Below, piece after piece: positions 8,282 to 15,168 of a stretch of DNA of 15,168 nucleotides. This DNA comes from Candidatus Brocadiia bacterium (GTDB taxonomy: Bacteria > Planctomycetota > Brocadiia > SM23-32). The notes under the pieces were generated by a model. It was not told where the DNA came from and ran no database searches. It saw only the letters and a list, made by a program, of their open reading frames with translations. How positions within the stretch are numbered: the stretch's first letter is position 1; each line of letters begins with the position of its first letter. The translations under genes were made by a program, and so were the position numbers. The stretch is taken from NCBI GenBank assembly GCA_046538485.1, contig JBKHIT010000083.1:1-15168 (forward strand), given 5' to 3'.

Positions 8282-8495
8282 TTATGTCAGGTATGCGTGG
8301 CAAAGGTGCGAGCTGATAGCCGAGCATTACCTTTGATAACAGAGAAAGCCGAATGCGAGAGATCCACACGTTTGGTTTGACGAGAGTGATGTGGAAATGA
8401 AGCGCATGGTCAGGCTACCAAAAGGCACTCGAAGACGAAAGGGCGAGCCCCAGATAAGCGGGGCTAAACGCCACCGCGCCACATTTCTACTCTGC
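8282..8495 (+). ncRNA. miniature ORF-less group II intron derivative, copy 2 (more degenerate)
   Basis: 214 nt, about 21 differences from copy 1 by manual alignment (~90% identical), in inverted orientation. Starts TTATGTCAGG and ends CTCTGC. DV upper stem is mispaired; DVI and the branch A are retained. Confidence 0.8.
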
Positions 8496-8677
8496 CGATC
8501 AGCCCGAATATCCCGGGTAATTAAGCAAAAACAAAATAGATCGTTTCAGAGATTCTGGAGGGGCTTTTGTCGGTGGCGTCTAAAAAGTAGAAGTCTCTGA
8601 AAACGCGCAGGCCACTGACCAATTTTGGTATGTTCCCGGATCGCAGAAAAAGGTGGAAATGAGAGCCCTCTTTTTTT

Positions 8678-11600
8678 TCACAATCCGGAAGATGTCGCTT
8701 CCTTTAGATCTTCTGGTATGGCGGGAGTGGGCGTTTTATCCTCCATACCGCTCGGGCGTGCGTCCTCGGGCAGGCCCGGCTGGCCGGGAGGAATCCGATA
8801 CACTATCTGCAGGTTCTTCCAGTTGTTCTCCACTGCCACCACATACTCGCCATTTTCCCTGAGAAAAGCGTTCACCGCCACCGGTATATCGAGCAGGCTG
8901 GTTTCACCGTAGAGTTTGGGACCCGGGAACATAGTCCCCAGAAACTCCCCGTTTCGGGTATTATACACCCATATCTGCCCTTCACGCGGGGTCGGAGTAG
9001 TCCGTCCAAGAAACAGCAGCTCGCCGGCCACATCCATGCTGCGGAAGACATCAGCCCTCGGGGGGGTTCCCCTGAAGGTCCACGGCAAGTCGATCCGGGT
9101 GCGGACCTCGCGCTTGTCCGGATCGCTCCAGTTATCGTACCGGACCACGGTTGGGCCCACGCCCCACGAATCTTTTTCCCTGTTTCGGCCTTCTTCCCCC
9201 TCAAAATAGTCTTTCGGATGTCCCGCCAGATACATCGTATCGGTGCGGGCGTTATAACGCATTCTCCTTATTGCCTCGTGAGTTCGAGAGGGATGGAAGG
9301 GTTCGGGCTGGCCGTGAAGGACGCCGTTCTTTAATTTAAAGTCGTATAGCGGATTTCCATGTTCGTCGAACCCTTCGAGCGGATACTCCATCAGACCGCC
9401 CGGTTCGGAACGCAGCTTCTTAAAGCCGTTAAAGTGTTCCCATAAGGAACCATCCGACCACAGGTCCCACCTTGACGTATTCTGATGATGCTCCGCCACA
9501 ACGTATTCATCCTCTCGCACCTGTCCGCTGCCGTCTTTATCGCGCCACATAATCCGTGAGGGATTACCGTTGTCAGAGGGCCTGCCCGGCGGATAACTCA
9601 GAGAACTGAGATGTCCGTTCGACAGAAGCACGGAAGGGGCGAAAATATAACTGTCTTCATCTTCCTTCCGCAATATAAGCGTTTCAGTGGACCACGGAGC
9701 GACGAGATAAAGTTTATCATTGGGCAAACGCCGCACGTGTCCCGCAAAGCTCCGGCGATCGGACGGATAACGGCTGTTATCCCTTGTAACGCCCACCCAG
9801 GTATCCAGAGGTCCGTTGCCGCGGCTATAATCGAGGATGAATTTATTGACTCCTCCATGCCCGGAATAAACGACAGTACCGTCATAGGCGGGATCGAAAG
9901 AGGTCCCGTTCATAAACGTGGCCGTGTATCGTTCCCATATTGCACGTCTTTCGGGGTCGAACTGTCGGATAAAGCTGCCTGTAGAGCCCCGGGTACTTAT
10001 GGTTACGCGACCCTGATCGTCCACTCCGACGCCGGAGATCGTATCCAGCCGATCAACCCCTCTGCGCCCCTCTACCGGACCGGCGAAGAGGCCGCCGGGT
10101 TCCCCGATGATCTCCACGCGTTCAGGCTCGGAGCCTCCTATATCGTAAACGAAAACCTGGAGCCTGTCGGGATGTGCATCGGCTACATACAGCCGATTCT
10201 CCGGCCCGCCGAAATCCAGGGCCGACGGCCGTTTTAACTCAGTGATCTCTTCTCCCGTCGGTTCCCCTTCGGCAGTGTACTGCACAATCCGATGCGGGCC
10301 GCGCTCAAGCCAACCGGCGCTGCCTTCAACTTCATCTGTATCCGGTCTCTCCACAACCCAGAGATATCCGTTGTGATCGAGCGCTATCGGGCCGGGGAAA
10401 GCCACCTCGAAACTGTGTTTTACCCGCATGGAATCCACCTCGATTACATGAATTTGGTGGGGTCTTCCCATATCTTCAGACACGAAAAGGGTCTCGCCGT
10501 CGCTGGCGATTCCCCGCGGCTGCTGCGGCGGGCGGTGACGTCTGTCGTCTTCGTAAGGATCTTTTTCTTCAGCCTCTTCTTTAACCTCCCGCAGCATTTG
10601 AGCCGATATGTCCGATTCCCCGGGAGCTGAGGGGTCGGCATTTTCACCCCCCAAGTGATTCGACTGACTGGTGGGATACTCTTCCATAACCTCCTCCGAG
10701 ATTTCTACCAGAGGCAGTATATGGTTGTCCGATCCCACCCCGCCTTGGAAGGGCGCAGGGCGCGTCCATTTTATACTGTAAGTGTATCTGTCGCGATCAG
10801 TCCGTGGGCCGCGACGGTAGTTACGGGTCCTGAATTTATCGAGATGGTATCGTGCCACGCCACGTTTCACACTGCCGTTTTGTTCGAAATTGGAAGGGGC
10901 ATAAACATAGCGGTCATCGCCGCCGATTATTCTGCCCATCCGTTCGGGCACAGCGGCAATTATATCCCCGTCTTCGGAGTAGATAGTCGTATCACGGTGC
11001 CCTTCATCCCAGGGGCTGCTGGTAAGCAGACGTCCGTCCGGAAGGCTGGTAAGGTAGCTTATGGAGGTCTGCATCCATTCCGGGCCTCCTCCCCAGGAAT
11101 TGCCGAACCAACTGCTGCTGTAGCGAAGCCCCTCATCGGAAATCTGGTCTGGAACTGTAAGGTAGTCCGCATCCTTTTTCGGCATCCGCACCCGGGCGGC
11201 CGCCACATCCTTATCGCTCACCGCCACCTCCCCCGAAAGCCGTTTCAGCCCCTCGAGACCGTCGATACGGATGATATTCATCCCGTTTGAACCGGCTACG
11301 GCGTAAACATTCCCATCCTCTGCCTGCACAATGCTGCCTCCGTAGTGACCTCGCCCGAAACGCCATTTGCCCATGTTTTCTCCCTCTCCGGTCTCCCTCG
11401 GATCTCCGGCCGGTGCACCGAAGAGGTTACCCACCAGAAAGCCGTCGCCGGTGTAACAATACCATTCCCCGCCATCGGCGGCGGTAAAGAAAAATTCTTC
11501 ATCCTCAACTTCGATCCGCCCGACGGGGAAATGTTCCTGGTTCAGAACGCCTGGAGGCCTCTCATACCAGTGTCCTTCGCCGTATAGCTCGGCCCGCACG

Positions 11601-14600
11601 GTGTGTTGATTTAAATGTTTCCACAGAACAGTCTCGCCGTTGCTGTCCAACAGACGCGTTCCGGTCATCAGGACCCTCCCCTTATCGTCAGCCCAGGCAC
11701 GGCGCAGGTTTCCCTTGCGGGACAGAAGACGCCGGGTATCGCCGGGGTCAGCATAGGTCTTGACGGTTTCTTTTTTGTCTATATCGTACAGGGGGATGCC
11801 CTGGTCGGTAAAGGAGGTGGGATTCAAGCGCAGGCCCTCATCCCCATCTTCCGCGATGGAAAGCAATGAGAGGTCCTCCCCAACGATCCAGACATCCTCC
11901 TTACCGTTCCCTTCCCATACCCGAACCTCATCCACGTGGGGAGTGCCGTCTCCACGGCGGTCGGACCAGAGAAACAGCGTCGAATACGGGTCCAATCCGC
12001 CGAATTTTTCACGCAGTTCCGGGTATTGCCGCACCGCTTCCCAATCCCCGAGCCGACCGACGACCGCGACCGGTTCGGCCGCGTTATCCCGTTCCAAGGC
12101 CACAGTGGCCACGGATGCCGGCACCTGGTGTGGGGCAACCAGGTAGCGTTCATCCTGGTGGTAAATTGCACGCTCCACCTCGTGGCCGAGCAGTGAGTCA
12201 AGCCGCCAGCTCCGGTCCTCCCAATCAACGGCGAATTTCATCCCTTTATACATCACCACACCCCGGTCGCGCGGGTCCATGAACCCCCCTCCCCCGGCCG
12301 CTCCCCCCAGGAACCACTTATAGGGTTTGCCGTCGGAGCCGAAGCCCATAACCCTTTTCGGATACCTGGTATAATCCGCGACCCAAACCCTGCCGGCACT
12401 GTCAACGTCCACCTGAGCCGGATTCTCGAGTCTTGCCGGATCCCATTCCCCCGGCTGCTGGCCACCCGGGACCCCGAACTTACGCACGAATTCTCCCTCT
12501 GCGGGATCGAACACGTTCACAGTCTTTGAGCCTTTATCGGAGACATAAATATCCCCCTCGGGGCCGAACGTAAAATGCGCCGGATCATCCAATGCTTCTT
12601 GATCGTCCACCACCACCCGGGACTGCTGGTTTTCCTCAAGCGGTACGGTAACTATTCGACCATCCGAGAGGCAATGCAGCGTCCCATCGGCATCAAAGGC
12701 GAGGGCATTCGGATGGGAAAACGGGATACTGCGAACCAGTTCCGCCCTTGCCGCTCCGGCTTCGGAGTCGGGAAGGTCGAGCACCTCAATACGCCGATTT
12801 TCCTCCGGCAGCAACCCCTCCGGATGATCCCCGGCCGCCTCATATGCCACTACAGACTCAATGCCGACCACAGATTCTTTTTCGTTCTCTGAAACTTCAT
12901 TTCCGCTCAGGAAACGCAGCCGTAGCGCTTTGGTGCGCTCCATCCGGCCGAAATCCGCCTGGAAAACAACAGGATTGTGATCTATACGAAATTCACGGAC
13001 GGGTTCCCACCGCTCGGGAGCGTCCAGAGCGTCCTCGACATCTCCATCCCCGGCGCTGGTCCATCTGTCCACAACGACCCTGGCCGGACGTTCACCCCCT
13101 TTTGCGCCGGGTGGCCGGATCAGACTTAATCCGCGGATCTCGCGTTCCCTATCCCATTCCAATCCCATTACCGCCGGCTGCAGTTCGGTGACCATGGAGT
13201 CTTCTCTGCGCACCTGCCAGCCACCGGTGGACGTTTCTTCTCCCTCCCAAAAAACACGCCTGGCATCCGGCGCAATATCCCTCAACCGATGCGCCATTAT
13301 CTGTGAATATTGCAGACGGTCAACCCGATAACGGAGAGCCTTTGTTTCCAGGCCGCCTTCCGGTGCTTGTGCCACCCCTGGGCCGCCATCCTTGTCTTTT
13401 CTCTTAAGCGATATCCATCTTTCATCGAGTGATGCACCCAAAATGGTGTCCAAATCCAAATCCTCGTCATCATCTTTGTCTTCTTCCAAAAAGCTCTCTG
13501 TATCCTCGGCATCCCGAGGGATTGTATCAATAGCCTCCTTCAGCTCAATATCCTCTTCCAAAGCCTGGACCTCAATAGTGTCATCGGGTATTAATACGGA
13601 TCCCACGGTAACTTTTTCTTTAAAACCCACCACGATCCAGCCTTTGTTCTTTCCATCAGTAGGCGCATCGCCGTAGTAGACCTGTTCGGAGCTGGGTAAA
13701 GGTTCATTCGGATAAGAGCGCGTCTCCTCGGGCATCTGTTCGGTAAGGAAGGTCGCATGGTACTTCATCAACTCATCATAAACTCCCCAGCCGTAAGTCT
13801 CATCCTGCCCTTTAGGAGCACGCCTCCCGCCGGGGGCGGAGATGCTGACGATGGGCTGCGAATGCTGCGGGTCCATCTTAGAGGCCGAAAAGGAAGACGC
13901 GAGCCACCTTGAGGGGACGTTTACAGCCCTGTAAAGCCTGCCGTTGCGTACAGCCAGGCCGCCGGAGGCGGGTCCCATGCCCTGATCGTCCCCGGGGCGG
14001 GGAAACGCTTCTGTATCTTGGATGTCATATATCAGTTCTTTTTGAAAATCACGCTGTGGTGCGATCCTGTAAACGGCCGAATCGGTTTGAACGTAAACAT
14101 ATCTTTTGTCGACTGCGATATGAAGGGGCGCCTCCTCATCTTCGGAAAACGCATCGGTTCCCCAAAGCAAATTGCCTTCAAGGTCAAGGGCCACAAGACT
14201 GTAAGCTCCACCGGCATCCGGTGTGCCGATCCATACTATCTCTCCCTGTATGGCAACAATACTGGGTTGGAAACCATAGGGCGCCCTCATCTTGCCATCT
14301 GATTTTCCATCTCCAGGATCATAAATGCTCATTTCTCGCTTAAGATGCAGGGGCGGAAGAACAAAACCTTTCCAAGTATAATGGCCGGGATTCACAAGCC
14401 TTTCTTCATCATCGCGCAAGTCCCAGGGTTCCGTAAATTCTCCTGCCTCCCGCCATTTCTCAGCAATCAGGCGGCGCACGCGCTCGCCGGAATCACTGTT
14501 GAAAATGTCAATGGTAACGTACCCATCCACCGGGATTTGATAGCTTAATTCAAACGGCGAAGCATATTTTTCATTATCACTGGGCCTGCCCTGAACTTGG

Positions 14601-14686
14601 CGAAGCGTAGATATCAGACCACCGGGAGGAGATATCAGAATAAACCCAAACAACAGCAACGCACTGATCCACTTTGTTTTTTTCAT
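8678..14686 (-). CDS. very large secreted protein: FlgD Ig-like domain plus NHL/beta-propeller repeats, two-module fusion
   Basis: Uninterrupted ORF (open to 14806). The likely start ATG 14686 (MKKTKWISALLLFGFILISPP) gives a signal peptide and 2002 aa. FlgD-like segment ELSYQIPVDGYVTIDIFN..RVRRLI..WDLRDDEERLVNPGHYTWK. NHL-like repeats (PNALAFDADGTL, PAHFTFGPEGDIYVSD, PAQVDVDSAGRVWVAD, PRGIASDGETLFVSE, PGPIALDHNGYLWVVE). Function unknown. Confidence 0.85.
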   Translation of the reverse strand: MKKTKWISALLLFGFILISPPGGLISTLRQVQGRPSDNEKYASPFELSYQIPVDGYVTIDIFNSDSGERVRRLIAEKWREAGEFTEPWDLRDDEERLVNPGHYTWKGFVLPPLHLKREMSIYDPGDGKSDGKMRAPYGFQPSIVAIQGEIVWIGTPDAGGAYSLVALDLEGNLLWGTDAFSEDEEAPLHIAVDKRYVYVQTDSAVYRIAPQRDFQKELIYDIQDTEAFPRPGDDQGMGPASGGLAVRNGRLYRAVNVPSRWLASSFSASKMDPQHSQPIVSISAPGGRRAPKGQDETYGWGVYDELMKYHATFLTEQMPEETRSYPNEPLPSSEQVYYGDAPTDGKNKGWIVVGFKEKVTVGSVLIPDDTIEVQALEEDIELKEAIDTIPRDAEDTESFLEEDKDDDEDLDLDTILGASLDERWISLKRKDKDGGPGVAQAPEGGLETKALRYRVDRLQYSQIMAHRLRDIAPDARRVFWEGEETSTGGWQVRREDSMVTELQPAVMGLEWDREREIRGLSLIRPPGAKGGERPARVVVDRWTSAGDGDVEDALDAPERWEPVREFRIDHNPVVFQADFGRMERTKALRLRFLSGNEVSENEKESVVGIESVVAYEAAGDHPEGLLPEENRRIEVLDLPDSEAGAARAELVRSIPFSHPNALAFDADGTLHCLSDGRIVTVPLEENQQSRVVVDDQEALDDPAHFTFGPEGDIYVSDKGSKTVNVFDPAEGEFVRKFGVPGGQQPGEWDPARLENPAQVDVDSAGRVWVADYTRYPKRVMGFGSDGKPYKWFLGGAAGGGGFMDPRDRGVVMYKGMKFAVDWEDRSWRLDSLLGHEVERAIYHQDERYLVAPHQVPASVATVALERDNAAEPVAVVGRLGDWEAVRQYPELREKFGGLDPYSTLFLWSDRRGDGTPHVDEVRVWEGNGKEDVWIVGEDLSLLSIAEDGDEGLRLNPTSFTDQGIPLYDIDKKETVKTYADPGDTRRLLSRKGNLRRAWADDKGRVLMTGTRLLDSNGETVLWKHLNQHTVRAELYGEGHWYERPPGVLNQEHFPVGRIEVEDEEFFFTAADGGEWYCYTGDGFLVGNLFGAPAGDPRETGEGENMGKWRFGRGHYGGSIVQAEDGNVYAVAGSNGMNIIRIDGLEGLKRLSGEVAVSDKDVAAARVRMPKKDADYLTVPDQISDEGLRYSSSWFGNSWGGGPEWMQTSISYLTSLPDGRLLTSSPWDEGHRDTTIYSEDGDIIAAVPERMGRIIGGDDRYVYAPSNFEQNGSVKRGVARYHLDKFRTRNYRRGPRTDRDRYTYSIKWTRPAPFQGGVGSDNHILPLVEISEEVMEEYPTSQSNHLGGENADPSAPGESDISAQMLREVKEEAEEKDPYEDDRRHRPPQQPRGIASDGETLFVSEDMGRPHQIHVIEVDSMRVKHSFEVAFPGPIALDHNGYLWVVERPDTDEVEGSAGWLERGPHRIVQYTAEGEPTGEEITELKRPSALDFGGPENRLYVADAHPDRLQVFVYDIGGSEPERVEIIGEPGGLFAGPVEGRRGVDRLDTISGVGVDDQGRVTISTRGSTGSFIRQFDPERRAIWERYTATFMNGTSFDPAYDGTVVYSGHGGVNKFILDYSRGNGPLDTWVGVTRDNSRYPSDRRSFAGHVRRLPNDKLYLVAPWSTETLILRKEDEDSYIFAPSVLLSNGHLSSLSYPPGRPSDNGNPSRIMWRDKDGSGQVREDEYVVAEHHQNTSRWDLWSDGSLWEHFNGFKKLRSEPGGLMEYPLEGFDEHGNPLYDFKLKNGVLHGQPEPFHPSRTHEAIRRMRYNARTDTMYLAGHPKDYFEGEEGRNREKDSWGVGPTVVRYDNWSDPDKREVRTRIDLPWTFRGTPPRADVFRSMDVAGELLFLGRTTPTPREGQIWVYNTRNGEFLGTMFPGPKLYGETSLLDIPVAVNAFLRENGEYVVAVENNWKNLQIVYRIPPGQPGLPEDARPSGMEDKTPTPAIPEDLKEATSSGL

Positions 14687-14792
14687 GGTATTAGTCTCAA
14701 AAATTAATTCGTTTCTCTCATAAGTTCGCGTACCCCATAGATGGCATAAGACACACGCCGCGGTATGCTCGACCATATTCAGGCGAGTTTCC

Positions 14793-14820
14793 ACTATAAT
14801 TCCCACTCTTACTTTTTCAA
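14793..14820 (-). promoter_or_regulatory. candidate sigma70 promoter for the large gene
   Basis: Minus strand TTGAAA (14820-14815), N16, TATAGT (14798-14793), in AT-rich DNA. It overlaps the ORF-track start at 14806, which supports the later ATG. Confidence 0.45.
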
Positions 14821-14842
14821 AGAGTTGTCAAAGTTCAATGAA

Positions 14843-14869
14843 GGCCGAGCCAGGGCTCGGCATTCCCAG
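14843..14869 (-). repeat. single REP-like GC-rich hairpin
   Basis: Minus strand CTGGGAAT-GCCGAGC-cctg-GCTCGGC. One copy in the window. Confidence 0.3.
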
Positions 14870-14877
14870 CGGACCTA

Positions 14878-15145
14878 GTGGTCCCTGACACTTGATTTTA
14901 CCGGTTCAGTCGGGCGCTGGTAGTGCATATGCAAGGCGCAGTGAGAAGTTCGACCCAAACGGGTCCACGCCGAACTGCAACACCGCATATGGGCTGCCAG
15001 CGCACGACCCGTAGGGAGCAATTCTGCCGGGCCATTTCTTCGTTGCGGCTTCGCAGGGACCCGGCTGGGTCACCTTTGGCGCCGCGCCTCGAACTGACCT
15101 CGGCAGAACTGCTCTGAACCGGTAAAATCAAGTGTCAGGGACCAC
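14878..15145. mobile_element. MITE, IS630-like (268 bp, 32-bp perfect TIRs, TA on both sides)
   Basis: GTGGTCCCTGACACTTGATTTTACCGGTTCAG (14878-14909) is the exact reverse complement of 15114-15145. TA at 14876-14877 and 15146-15147. No transposase inside. Confidence 0.88.
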
Positions 15146-15168
15146 TAAGCGGTTTCAGGTAAGTGCGT

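Noticed and set aside
5518..8495. A single intact group II intron (or IStron) carrying the transposase
   Set aside because: The two intron units are on opposite strands, each has its own 5' and 3' end, and there is no DI-DIII or RT (YADD) sequence in the window.
14687..14806. Extended N-terminus of the large ORF (GTG 14806)
   Set aside because: ATG 14686 gives a clean signal peptide, and the extension overlaps the candidate promoter.
1..15168. CRISPR array, retron/DGR or defence system
   Set aside because: No regularly spaced direct repeats and no cas, RT or nuclease genes. Differences between the 214-nt copies are not adenine-specific as in a DGR TR/VR pair.

Overview
Accessory, mobile-element-rich region downstream of a tRNA-Arg(UCG) gene. 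The prepilin/DUF1559-like gene and large acidic secreted proteins suggest a PVC-superphylum bacterium (Planctomycetota/Lentisphaerae-like), possibly halophilic; this is inference. In order: promoter, tRNA-Arg(UCG) and terminator; a frameshifted IS1380-type 3' remnant; a secreted ~1120-aa GH42-like protein; a prepilin-type N-terminal cleavage protein; a ~2.47-kb IS (5814-8279) with a disrupted DDE transposase; a convergent ~2000-aa secreted FlgD/beta-propeller protein that looks like a two-module fusion; and a 268-bp IS630-type MITE made of two inverted hairpin modules. The most unusual signal is a pair of ~90% identical 214-nt miniature group II intron derivatives (5518-5731 on -, 8282-8495 on +). 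Each joins an intron-like 5' end to domains V-VI, lacks most of DI-DIV and any RT, carries the same internal deletion, sits in a GA|CGA context, and points outward from the IS.
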